Shown here: positions 27,623-36,657 of the stretch, one piece after another
How the letters are laid out: each line of letters begins with the position of its first letter
How positions within the stretch are numbered: the first letter of the stretch is position 1
DNA from: Candidatus Omnitrophota bacterium
GTDB lineage: Bacteria; Omnitrophota; Gorgyraeia; Pluralincolimonadales; Pluralincolimonadaceae
Direction: 5' to 3'
DNA length: 64,000 nucleotides
Assembly (NCBI GenBank): GCA_028716565.1
Contig: JAQUPL010000001.1
Coordinates: forward strand, 473,476-537,475
The notes under the pieces: generated by a model
What the model was told of the DNA's origin: nothing
Databases searched by the model: none
Seen by the model: the letters and a program-made list of their open reading frames with translations, nothing else
Program-made: the position numbers and the translations under genes

Positions 27623-28933
27623 TTAAAGCCTTTCTATTTTATCGCGGTTCGTCTTGATGTTCCTTAACGCGTTGCGAGCATCGAGGATGAACCTGGAATT
27701 TTTGACTATGAAGTCATAGTCTACGTTCGAATGGTCGGTGACTATGACCGCGCAGTCCTTGTCCTTAAGCTCCGCAGCGGTCAGTTTTACCGACCTCATC
27801 TTGTGCCCGTTGACTTCGGAAGCGGGCACTAACGGGTCGTAATACGAGATGGCGGCTCCGCGCTCCCTGAGCTTCTCTATCACCTCGTATGCCGGGGATT
27901 CCCTCGTATCGGTGACATCTTTTTTGTAGGAAAGGCCGAGGATGAGTACCTTTGCGCCCTTGACCGCCTTCCTGAACCTGTTGTTGAGCGAACGCGATAC
28001 CCTTTCGGCCACGTATTCCGGCATGTCGGCGTTCACCTTTGAGGCGAGGTCGATGAACCTCGGCTCGAATCCCTGTATCCTTGCCTTCCACGCCAGGTAT
28101 ATCGGGTCTATCGGGATGCAGTGCCCGCCCAAACCCGGGCCCGGGTAGAACGGCATATACCCGAACGGCTTTGTCTTCGCGGCCTCGATGATCTCCCATA
28201 CGTCCACCTTGAGGCTGTCGCACATGAGCGCGAGTTCGTTCACGAGCCCGATGTTGACCGACCTGAAGGTATTCTCGAGGAGCTTGACCATCTCCGCCAC
28301 TTTCACCGACGAGACGGTAATGACCTTCCCGACTATCTGGGAATACAAAAACTCTATATTCTCCCTGCATATCTTCGTCATGCCGCTTACTACTTTAGGT
28401 ATATTATGCGTCATATAAGTAGGATTGCCCGGGTCGATCCTCTCCGGCGAGAAACCGAGGCAGAAATCCTTTCCCACTTTAAGGCCGGTCGCCTCCAATA
28501 TAGGGAGTATCACTTCCTCGGTCGTCCCGGGATAAGTGGTGGATTCGAGGACTATCACCTGCCCTTGTTTCAAATTCTTGGCGATCGCTTCTGCCGCGGA
28601 GACGATGAAAGACATATCGGGGTCTTTAGTTTTCCTTAACGGCGTCGGGACGCAGATTATTATGGCGTCGACCTCTTTAAGCCTTGAATAATCGCGAGTT
28701 GCCCTGAGCGCCCCCCTCTTCACCAGGGGCTTTATCTCGTCACTCGGGATATCCAATATATAGGAATTTCCCCGGTTGATGGAATCGACCTTCCTCTTGT
28801 CGAGGTCGACCCCGAGCGCGCCGAAACCCTTCTTGGCGAACTCCACCGCCAGGGGCAATCCCACATAACCAAGGCCTATAACAGCGATCCTGGCCTTCCT
28901 TTGTTTTATCTTTATTTTAAACCTCGCGACCAT
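27623..28933 (-). CDS. Nucleotide-sugar 6-dehydrogenase (UDP-glucose/GDP-mannose dehydrogenase family, WbpA/WbpO/TviB-like)
   Basis: 436 aa. IAVIGLGYVGLPLA. Catalytic Cys region GGHCIPID. Confidence 0.8.
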   Translation of the reverse strand: MVARFKIKIKQRKARIAVIGLGYVGLPLAVEFAKKGFGALGVDLDKRKVDSINRGNSYILDIPSDEIKPLVKRGALRATRDYSRLKEVDAIIICVPTPLRKTKDPDMSFIVSAAEAIAKNLKQGQVIVLESTTYPGTTEEVILPILEATGLKVGKDFCLGFSPERIDPGNPTYMTHNIPKVVSGMTKICRENIEFLYSQIVGKVITVSSVKVAEMVKLLENTFRSVNIGLVNELALMCDSLKVDVWEIIEAAKTKPFGYMPFYPGPGLGGHCIPIDPIYLAWKARIQGFEPRFIDLASKVNADMPEYVAERVSRSLNNRFRKAVKGAKVLILGLSYKKDVTDTRESPAYEVIEKLRERGAAISYYDPLVPASEVNGHKMRSVKLTAAELKDKDCAVIVTDHSNVDYDFIVKNSRFILDARNALRNIKTNRDKIERL

Positions 28934-28941
28934 CGGTTCCC

Positions 28942-29841
28942 CTATCTCTTTTTACCGGTTTTTATGTATTCTTTTAACGCTTCCCTGTAATGCCTTAATT
29001 TATATCCTAACGCCTTGCCCGCCTTTGTATTATCGAGGGCCGATAATTTTGGCCTCGGGGCCGGGCCTCCGGCATCCTTTGCGGTTATGGATACGATCTC
29101 GGCTTCCAGCCCGCACAAGGCAGCTATCTCCTTCGCCAATTCGTAACGCGAACAGACCCCTTCGTTGGAAATATTATATATGCCGGACGGGGCTTTGCCC
29201 TTCCTGATGCGCTCCGAAAGGTCAAAAACCGCCTTCGCCAGGTCCGCAGTATAAGTGGGGTTCCCGTATTTCTCCCCGACCGCCCTTATCCTTTCGCCCT
29301 TTTTGGCCGATCCGACGACAAAATCTACAAAATTCTTTCCGCACGGGCCGAACATCCAGCTCGAACGCACTATGGCGTACCTGCTGATATTTGACCTTAC
29401 GTAATCATCGGCCGCCAGTTTCGAATCCCCGTAGACGCTTAACGGATTGGGCTTATCCTCTTCCGTGTAGGCCGAACCCTTATCCCCATCGAAGACGTAA
29501 TCCGTGCTGATCTGGATCAATAACGCCCCGGCCTCTTCCGCCGCGTCAGCTACGTTTTTGGCCCCTTCGGTATTTGTCTTGAAGGCCTCTTCGGGATTGA
29601 GTTCGCAGAAATCGACATCCGCCAATGCGGCCGCGTTTATCACAAGGCCGGGCTTGAACTTCCGGATGACCCGGGCTGCGCCGTCCCTGTCCGTAATATC
29701 CGCCGCCAGCAGTTGTGAGGCGCGGCACTGTTTCGCTTCGCGTTTGCCGCGCGTTAAACCGGCGACATCGCCCGCGGCCGAAAATTCCCTGCAAAGATCG
29801 CAACCTAGCATGCCGGTCGCGCCGGTAATCAGTGTCTTCAA
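28942..29841 (-). CDS. rmlD: dTDP-4-dehydrorhamnose reductase
   Basis: 299 aa. LITGATGMLG. STDYVFDG. YGDSK catalytic YxxxK. Confidence 0.8.
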   Translation of the reverse strand: MKTLITGATGMLGCDLCREFSAAGDVAGLTRGKREAKQCRASQLLAADITDRDGAARVIRKFKPGLVINAAALADVDFCELNPEEAFKTNTEGAKNVADAAEEAGALLIQISTDYVFDGDKGSAYTEEDKPNPLSVYGDSKLAADDYVRSNISRYAIVRSSWMFGPCGKNFVDFVVGSAKKGERIRAVGEKYGNPTYTADLAKAVFDLSERIRKGKAPSGIYNISNEGVCSRYELAKEIAALCGLEAEIVSITAKDAGGPAPRPKLSALDNTKAGKALGYKLRHYREALKEYIKTGKKR

Positions 29842-30842
29842 GCTCTACCCTTATACTGCTTCTTGTAATATTTCTTGTAGGCGCCCCTGTGCTTTATCTT
29901 CATCCACCAATCGCGGTTCTCTTCATACCATTTTACGGTCTTATCAAGCGCTTCGTTGAAGGTATGGTTGGGTTTCCAACCCATATCCCTTAATTTCGAA
30001 TCGTCGAGCGAATATCTCCTGTCGTGCCCCAGGCGGTCCCTGACATATTCTATCATAGACCTGTCCCCGCCCATCGCCCTGATGATATCGTGCACCATAT
30101 CTATGTTCATCATCTCGTATCCGCCGGCGATATTGTATACCTCTCCCGCTGCTCCTTTATTCAATACGAAATATATCCCGTCGCAATTATCCTCGACGTA
30201 GAGCCAGTCGCGGACGTTCTTGCCGTCGCCGTAAAGGGGCACCTTCTCCCCCTCAATGAGGTTTGTTATGCTCAGGGCGACGAATTTCTCCGGGTATTGG
30301 TAAGGCCCGAAGTTATTCGAACTCCTGGTTATGACCACGGGCAGGCCGAACGTGACGAAATAGGCGCGGCACATATGCTCTGCGGCGGCCTTGCTCGCAG
30401 AATAGGGGCTGTTCGGCGCAAGGGAGCTCCCTTCATCGAAAGAACCGTTCTCTATCGAACCGTAGACCTCGTCGGTCGAGATCTGGATGAATTTCGATAC
30501 GCCGTTCATCCTGGCTTTCTCCAGCAGGACGTTCGTCCCGAGGACATTCGACATTATGAACTCGTCCGCCCCGTGGATCGACCTGTCGACATGGCTCTCG
30601 GCCGCGAAGTTCACGACGTAATCGCAGCCCTTGATCGCCTTCTCCACGGCCTTATGGTCGCAGATATCGCCCTTGATGAAGGTATAGTTCTCGTTCTTTT
30701 CTATATCTTTAAGGTTCTCGAGATTGCCGGCATAGCTCAGTTTGTCGAGATTGACTATCTCGCAGCTCATATTCTTATAGAGGACGTACCTTATGAAATT
30801 AGAGCCGATGAAACCGGCGCCGCCTGTTACTAGTATTCGCAT
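29838..30842 (-). CDS. rmlB: dTDP-glucose 4,6-dehydratase
   Basis: Start [16 protein letters not shown] at 30842 with an upstream AAGGGGG RBS. ISTDEVYG, YSASKAA, RDWLYVEDN. The track ORF extends 29 codons further upstream in frame. Confidence 0.85.
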   Translation of the reverse strand: MRILVTGGAGFIGSNFIRYVLYKNMSCEIVNLDKLSYAGNLENLKDIEKNENYTFIKGDICDHKAVEKAIKGCDYVVNFAAESHVDRSIHGADEFIMSNVLGTNVLLEKARMNGVSKFIQISTDEVYGSIENGSFDEGSSLAPNSPYSASKAAAEHMCRAYFVTFGLPVVITRSSNNFGPYQYPEKFVALSITNLIEGEKVPLYGDGKNVRDWLYVEDNCDGIYFVLNKGAAGEVYNIAGGYEMMNIDMVHDIIRAMGGDRSMIEYVRDRLGHDRRYSLDDSKLRDMGWKPNHTFNEALDKTVKWYEENRDWWMKIKHRGAYKKYYKKQYKGRA

Positions 30843-31582
30843 ATCTTCTTTACCCCCTTGCACAATTCCTTCTCGACCAGGCTGCCGGCGCGGAACAGCG
30901 ACTCGAAGGTCCCGCAGTCTGTCCACCACCCGTCGAGGACGTCAAAGGTCATTTTCCCGGACTTTATATACTCGTTATTTACGTCGGTTATCTCGAGCTC
31001 GCCCCTCTTCGAGGGTTTAAGCGGCCTTATGATGTCGAAGACTTTCGGGTCATACATATATATGCCGGTAACGGCGAGGTCGGATTTCGGGTTTTTCGGT
31101 TTCTCTTCGATGTTTATTATCTTCTTTCCCTTGATCTCGGCCACGCCGAAGCGCCCCGGGTCCTGCACTTTCTTCAAGAGCACCTTCGCCCCGGACGGCT
31201 GCCGCCTGAAATCCTGCACATATTTCTTGATGCTCTTCTCGATGAGGTTGTCACCCAGGATAACGATGATCTTATCGCCGTGGGCGAAGTGTTCCGCGAG
31301 GCCGAGCGCTTCCGCGATGCCTCCTTCGCCGCGCTGGTACGTATAATTTATGTGTTTGAGGCCGAATTCCGAGCCGTTCCCCAAAAGCCTCAGGAAGTCG
31401 CCGGCGTTATTGCCGCCGGTCACTATGAGGATGTCTTCTATCCCCGCGTCGACAAGCGTCCGGATCGGATAATATATCATGGGCTTGCAATATACCGGCA
31501 AAAGGTGTTTGTTGGTTATGCGGGTCAACGGGTCGAGCCTCTTACCCAGCCCCCCGGCCAGTATCACTCCTCGCAGGGCCAT
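30830..31582 (-). CDS. rmlA: Glucose-1-phosphate thymidylyltransferase (short form)
   Basis: The track ORF starts at a TTG at 31594. The probable ATG is at 31582 (MALRGVILAGGLGKRL), overlapping the rmlC stop as TAATG. Confidence 0.8.
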   Translation of the reverse strand: MALRGVILAGGLGKRLDPLTRITNKHLLPVYCKPMIYYPIRTLVDAGIEDILIVTGGNNAGDFLRLLGNGSEFGLKHINYTYQRGEGGIAEALGLAEHFAHGDKIIVILGDNLIEKSIKKYVQDFRRQPSGAKVLLKKVQDPGRFGVAEIKGKKIINIEEKPKNPKSDLAVTGIYMYDPKVFDIIRPLKPSKRGELEITDVNNEYIKSGKMTFDVLDGWWTDCGTFESLFRAGSLVEKELCKGVKKICEY

Positions 31583-32049
31583 TATTTCCTCCAATCGTAA
31601 GGTATATCGTTATCGTACGCGTCTATCCTGAGTTCGTCCGGCTCCTTCGGGTTATACGCCATCGTCGGTATGTTGACGATCATCGATTCAATATCGGCCA
31701 CGCACTTGAAACCGTGGTAGACGCCCTTGGGTATCTTGACGAGGAACGGGTCCTCGAGCGACAGGATGAACTCGTTCACCTCGCCCTTGGTCTTCGACCC
31801 GTCCCTGGCGTCATAGAGCCCGAGGCGTATCTTGCCCTGCAAGCAAACGAAATGGTCGTCCTGTTTCTTATGGAAATGCCAGGCCTTTACCACCCCCGGG
31901 AAGGCGGTCGTGAAATACGCCTGCCCGAACTTTTCGAAGATCTCATCGTCGCAGCGCATGATCTCCATGAGCTTGCCGCGGTCGTCCGGTATTATTTTCA
32001 GTTTTTTTATCTTTACGCCGTCTATCATCAGGATGCCCTCCCTACGCAA
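31582..32049 (-). CDS. rmlC: dTDP-4-dehydrorhamnose 3,5-epimerase-like cupin (RmlC family, short form)
   Basis: 155 aa. KGVYHGF motif and cupin fold residues. It lies between rmlA and ugd. Confidence 0.65.
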   Translation of the reverse strand: MRREGILMIDGVKIKKLKIIPDDRGKLMEIMRCDDEIFEKFGQAYFTTAFPGVVKAWHFHKKQDDHFVCLQGKIRLGLYDARDGSKTKGEVNEFILSLEDPFLVKIPKGVYHGFKCVADIESMIVNIPTMAYNPKEPDELRIDAYDNDIPYDWRK

Positions 32050-33329
32050 GTATACCTGAAACCTAGTTCCTTCATCTTTTTGGGATCATATAAGTTCCTG
32101 CCGTCGATGACGACCGGATGCTTGAGGAGTTTCTTGACTTTTTTAAGGTCGAGCTCCTTGAATTCGTTCCATTCCGTCACTATCACGACGCAATCGGCGC
32201 CCTTTACCGCGTCATAGGGCCCCTTACAGAACTTTATTTTTTCGAGTTCAGGCAGGCGCTTCGCCTTATCCATTGCCTGCGGGTCGTACGCTCTTATTGC
32301 GGCACCCTCGCTTATAAGCTTTTCTATTATTCTGACCGAAGGCGCAAACCTCAAGTCGTCGGTATTGGGTTTGAAAGCAAGCCCGAGGATCGCTATCGAC
32401 TTGCCCTTGATGTTCCATAATGCCCTCTCTATCTTCCCTATGAAGAGCATCTTCTGTTTTTCGTTAACCCTCTTTACCGCTTTAAGCAGATCAAAATCGT
32501 ATCCGACCTTCTCGGATATATGGATGAAGGCCTCTATGTCCTTCGGGAAACAAAAACCGCCGAAACCTATGCCGGCGTTCAAGAACGCCCTGCCTATCCT
32601 TTTATCGAAACCCATGCCCCTGGCGACTTCCTCGACGTCGGCGCCAGACTTCTCGCAGACATTCGCCACGGCGTTGATGAACGATATCTTCGTCGCCAAA
32701 AAAGAGTTCGACGCGTGCTTTATCATCTCCGCGCTGTTGATGTTGGTCACGATTATCTCGGCGCCCAACGGCCCGTACAGCTCAAGGAGCATATCCTTCG
32801 CCTTCTTGCTCTCGACCCCTATTATTATCCTGTCGGGATGCATGAAATCCTCTATAGCCGACCCTTCCCTTAAAAATTCCGGGTTAGAGGCCACGTCGAA
32901 CCTGACGCCCTTGCGAGCGTTAGCCTCGAGCACCCGTTTTATCCACTGGCCGGTCTCGACCGGGGTGGTCGACTTCTCTACGACGAGGTGGTACGAGGTC
33001 ATATAGCGGGCAATACCCTCGGCGACAGCTTCGATATGCGTCAGGTCGGCTTCGCCGTTATCTTTCGGCGGGGTCCCTACCGCGATAAATATGATCCCGC
33101 TCTTCCCAACAGCGTCCTTGAGGTTAGTAGAGAACTCGATCCTCTTTTCCTTGCGGTTCCTCTTTAGGAGGTCCTCGAGGCCTGGTTCATAAATCGGCAC
33201 CATGCCGCGGTTAAGTTTCGATATCTTGTCCTTGTCTATATCGACGCATATGACGTCGTTCCCCAGGTCGGCAAGGCACGCGGCCGTCACCAGACCGACA
33301 TATCCTGCCCCTATCACGGTTATTCTCAT
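32028..33329 (-). CDS. ugd: UDP-glucose 6-dehydrogenase
   Basis: Start MRITVIGAGYVGL at 33329, preceded by an AGGTGAGGAT RBS. Catalytic GFGGFCFPKD. The track ORF 32028..33617 has a 96-aa non-homologous extension. Confidence 0.85.
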   Translation of the reverse strand: MRITVIGAGYVGLVTAACLADLGNDVICVDIDKDKISKLNRGMVPIYEPGLEDLLKRNRKEKRIEFSTNLKDAVGKSGIIFIAVGTPPKDNGEADLTHIEAVAEGIARYMTSYHLVVEKSTTPVETGQWIKRVLEANARKGVRFDVASNPEFLREGSAIEDFMHPDRIIIGVESKKAKDMLLELYGPLGAEIIVTNINSAEMIKHASNSFLATKISFINAVANVCEKSGADVEEVARGMGFDKRIGRAFLNAGIGFGGFCFPKDIEAFIHISEKVGYDFDLLKAVKRVNEKQKMLFIGKIERALWNIKGKSIAILGLAFKPNTDDLRFAPSVRIIEKLISEGAAIRAYDPQAMDKAKRLPELEKIKFCKGPYDAVKGADCVVIVTEWNEFKELDLKKVKKLLKHPVVIDGRNLYDPKKMKELGFRYTCVGRAS

Positions 33330-33343
33330 ATCCTCACCTGTCG

Positions 33344-35602
33344 TTAACCCGGAGGCAAAGTGGAGCCGAACCTCGGCGGGTTGTAATTCTGTTGGAATTC
33401 GAAGGGCATCTCCGGGAAAGCCTTGAGCCGCAGCGCGAACATGAAAGTATACCCGTGGTCCTCCGATATGTTGCATATAATGTCCCCGACCCAGCAATGC
33501 AGGTCGCGGCTGATCCTGTATTCCTGCTCGGCCACTTTGTTGATGAACTTCTTGGCGGCATCGGCCCCTGAGCCGAACCTCTTGAAATCGATCCGCTCGT
33601 AAGCGGTGATCTTCCATTTATCGGTAAGGTTGAACATCAACTGCCCTTCCAACTGGCTGTAGACCTCATCCTGCCACCTGTATCCGGCGCCCCAGCTCCA
33701 TTTCTTCCGGGTCAGGTCCGTGTATACCGTGCCCCTGAGGTCCGGGTTGTCGAGGTTGTATTCCGGGTCCCCGACGATGTTGAAAGTGAACGAATTGAAT
33801 TTTGAGGTATGCTGGTCATACGAGGTAGTGGAAAGTATCCTCATCCAGTTATACGGCTTGGATTCGAACAAGAAGTCGTAATCCCCGACACGGCCCTTTT
33901 TCTTCTCCCCGGCCCTGAAATTGTAATTGGTGCTCACTATCAGCCTCGCGAGATCGACCGTCTGCATCGTCTTCCCGACCATCCTCTTCGTCTGGAGTTT
34001 ATTCTCAAGGGACGGGGTGATGACATTCCTGAAATCAAGGGCGTCTATCGAATCGAACTGCGCCAGGTTAGCCGGACGGAACGTGGGCCTGTGGGCATAA
34101 TAGTAACTGACCGTAGGGGAGAAGACATGCCTGATGTTGTTTATCTCCATATTAAACGCGTTCGATTTGACGTCATAAGTTTTATAGAAACGCGTATTGA
34201 GGTCGATCCCCGTAAAAAAATTACCGCGGATAAAATTGCTATTATCCCCCTGCATGTCCTTGCTGTAATACGTCTGTTCAGTGCCCGCAAAAGGCCTTAT
34301 GCCGAGCCAACCCAAAATATTCGACTGGTATGAAAGCTGGTTAGTGGTATCTACCCTGTTTACGCTGGCAACGCCGTTGACCGGCGCGGGTTCCAGCTTA
34401 TTGATGTTGGCGGCCGCAGCCTGGCCGTCGTAATAAAAATTCGTCTGGCCGATCTTCAGGCTGCGTGTCTGGAACTGCACCTGAGGCAGGTATTCGACCA
34501 CGGAATCGAAGCGGTTTACGCGCGGCTGCACGAAAAGGCTCGTGGTGTAATACGGGTCTGTCCTTATGAGCGAGGCATAGTTGTTGTTGACCATGTCCTT
34601 CTGGAAATCCCTAAGGTAATAATCCTTCATGACGTTGGCGTCGGACAACTTATTGTATTCCACGATGCCGCTTGTAGCCGTGTCCGGCTGCCATTTATGC
34701 CTCAGCTGCGCCCTATAGCGGTTGAGGTCCTTATCCTGCTCATCGGCGGCACGCGTGCTCCAGGTCCGCTGGCTGCGCTCGTCAAAATAATTGAACCTCA
34801 CGACGCCGCTCCCGAAGTCATCGGTATCGTAATTGGTCGAGAAGCCGTAGGCAAAATCCCTTAGTTCCCTGTAATCTATGTTTATCCGGCCTTTCACCTT
34901 TTCGTTAAGGTAGTATTTCCAGGAAGTGAGAAGGTAATATCCCCAGTCATTATCATGGCCCGCCATGACCGAGACCGGGGAACGGAAGTCCTTTAACGGT
35001 ATGCTCAGGTAAGGGAAATAAAATACCGGCACATCCCCCACAAGGACCAGGATATTCTTCGCGGTTACCCTGTCGTTAAGATAGACGTTCAATTGCTTGG
35101 TCTGGACCCTGTAATGCGGCTTCTCCCTGTCGCAGGTAGTGATGAAACCCTGTCTGATGTAATAATGGTTCTCGTCCTGTTTCTCGGCTTTTTGTCCGGC
35201 GCCGTAATAAGTGGGCTCTATAAAAACGCGGGGGTTGACTATCGTCCCGACCTTCGTCTCGACGTTATATACCATCTGTTCGCCTTTTAGGAAGCTCCCT
35301 TCCTGTGTCAGTTTTACGTCTCCCTCGGCCAGGACCTCTTTGGTATCTGTATGAAAAATGGCTTTTTTGCAGGTCAGTTTCGCGTCCTGGTAGGTGATGA
35401 CGACATTGCCGTTCGCGACCGCAGTCATGTCCGTTTCGGAATATTCTACCGTGTCGCCGTTTATCACGACCGGCTCTTTGGTGTTCTTGTCGACTTTGAC
35501 AGTGGGAAATTTCGGCGTCGCCACGTCTAAACCGGAAGCCATCCCGGGCAAGATGAAGGTTATTATTACGGCAAAAGCAATTATTGAAAACTTACGGCTC
35601 AA
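33344..35602 (-). CDS. lptD: LPS-assembly outer-membrane protein LptD (OstA N-terminal domain plus beta-barrel)
   Basis: 752 aa. Signal peptide MSRKFSIIAFAVIITFILPGMASG. OstA-like N-domain. Long Y/W/N-rich beta-barrel region ending in an aromatic-rich C-terminus. Confidence 0.7.
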   Translation of the reverse strand: MSRKFSIIAFAVIITFILPGMASGLDVATPKFPTVKVDKNTKEPVVINGDTVEYSETDMTAVANGNVVITYQDAKLTCKKAIFHTDTKEVLAEGDVKLTQEGSFLKGEQMVYNVETKVGTIVNPRVFIEPTYYGAGQKAEKQDENHYYIRQGFITTCDREKPHYRVQTKQLNVYLNDRVTAKNILVLVGDVPVFYFPYLSIPLKDFRSPVSVMAGHDNDWGYYLLTSWKYYLNEKVKGRINIDYRELRDFAYGFSTNYDTDDFGSGVVRFNYFDERSQRTWSTRAADEQDKDLNRYRAQLRHKWQPDTATSGIVEYNKLSDANVMKDYYLRDFQKDMVNNNYASLIRTDPYYTTSLFVQPRVNRFDSVVEYLPQVQFQTRSLKIGQTNFYYDGQAAAANINKLEPAPVNGVASVNRVDTTNQLSYQSNILGWLGIRPFAGTEQTYYSKDMQGDNSNFIRGNFFTGIDLNTRFYKTYDVKSNAFNMEINNIRHVFSPTVSYYYAHRPTFRPANLAQFDSIDALDFRNVITPSLENKLQTKRMVGKTMQTVDLARLIVSTNYNFRAGEKKKGRVGDYDFLFESKPYNWMRILSTTSYDQHTSKFNSFTFNIVGDPEYNLDNPDLRGTVYTDLTRKKWSWGAGYRWQDEVYSQLEGQLMFNLTDKWKITAYERIDFKRFGSGADAAKKFINKVAEQEYRISRDLHCWVGDIICNISEDHGYTFMFALRLKAFPEMPFEFQQNYNPPRFGSTLPPG

Positions 35603-35614
35603 TTGTCTCTCCGG

Positions 35615-36595
35615 TTATTTGCGGCGGCCCCGGGTCCCGGGATAGAAGAAAAGCGCCGCGGCGCCGATAATGCCGGCGTCATTTCCGAGTTTCGCCTTGA
35701 GGATCTTGACGGCTTTACCGGGAACGGGTAAAGCCCTTTCGTTCACCGTTTTCCTGATGGACTTGAACAAAAACTCTCCTGCGTCAGCGACCCCGCCGCC
35801 GATTATTATACTCTCGGGATTCAGGAGATTTACTATGCCTGCCAGCGTAACGCCTATCCTTTCACCTACCGTATCCCAAAAATTTATCGAAAGCCTGTCG
35901 CCTTTTAGCGCTGCTTTACTTATGACCTCCGGCGTCAAGGCCGAGAGATTCCCGTTTACCAGTTTTTTTATGATCGTCGGGCTGCCGCGGCGTATCTTCG
36001 CTTTAAGCTCATCGACGATATATCTGTTGCCGACGTAGCGCTCCAGGCATCCGTAACTTCCGCAGCCGCACGGCAACCCCTCTTCCTTGAGCGGCATATG
36101 TCCTACTTCACCGGCGGAAAAAGAGGAGCCCCGGTAAAGGTCTCCGCCAATTATTATCCCGCCGCCGACGCCTGTCCCCAAAGTGATGCAGACAAGGTTC
36201 TCCGCGCCCCTGCCTGCGCCGAACCTGCATTCGCCGAGCGCCATCAGGTTGACGTCGTTATCTACAAGGACGGGAAGGCCAAGCTTAGACTCAAGCATCC
36301 TCTTGAGGGGCGTATCCTTCCAGCCCGGGACATTTGTCAGGTAATATACGTGCCCGCGCCTGAAATCCACGAGTCCCGGGACGCCGATGCCCACGCCGAG
36401 CACTTTTTTCGGGGAAAGGCGCGCCTTCGCCATCACGGCCCTGACCTCGGCGACAATGGCGGCTACCAGGCCTGCCCTTGTGCCGTATGCGGTTGTGGAC
36501 AATTTTGCCCTGTGGGAGACCCTTCCCTTAGTGTCTACCAGGGCCAGCTTGGTATAGGTGCCTCCGAGGTCTATTCCGACAGCGAATTTAGTCAT
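35615..36595 (-). CDS. ROK family sugar kinase (glucokinase / N-acetylglucosamine kinase-like)
   Basis: 326 aa. GIDLGGT. ROK zinc motif CGCGSYGC. Confidence 0.8.
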   Translation of the reverse strand: MTKFAVGIDLGGTYTKLALVDTKGRVSHRAKLSTTAYGTRAGLVAAIVAEVRAVMAKARLSPKKVLGVGIGVPGLVDFRRGHVYYLTNVPGWKDTPLKRMLESKLGLPVLVDNDVNLMALGECRFGAGRGAENLVCITLGTGVGGGIIIGGDLYRGSSFSAGEVGHMPLKEEGLPCGCGSYGCLERYVGNRYIVDELKAKIRRGSPTIIKKLVNGNLSALTPEVISKAALKGDRLSINFWDTVGERIGVTLAGIVNLLNPESIIIGGGVADAGEFLFKSIRKTVNERALPVPGKAVKILKAKLGNDAGIIGAAALFFYPGTRGRRK

Positions 36596-36657
36596 TAAGT
36601 AAGTAATCTTAACTCAAAAACGGCCATTTTTCAATATAATTCAGCCCAAATCCCGGC

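Noticed and set aside
27765-28370. Alternate-frame minus-strand ORFs inside genes (27765..28370 in the sugar dehydrogenase, 41078..41452 in accD, 49501..49857 in miaA, 62428..62814 in the PP2C gene).
   Set aside because: Out-of-frame overlaps within well-supported CDSs. Composition is Arg/Gly-rich with no recognisable domains.
33330-33617. N-terminal extensions on tool ORFs: 96 aa on ugd (33330..33617), 29 aa on rmlB (30843..30929) and 50 aa on the rSAM gene (3582..3731). They could be unusual leader peptides.
   Set aside because: The extensions are non-homologous and Arg-rich, and they overlap the upstream genes. Internal ATGs coincide with canonical family N-termini and have proper RBSs and spacing.
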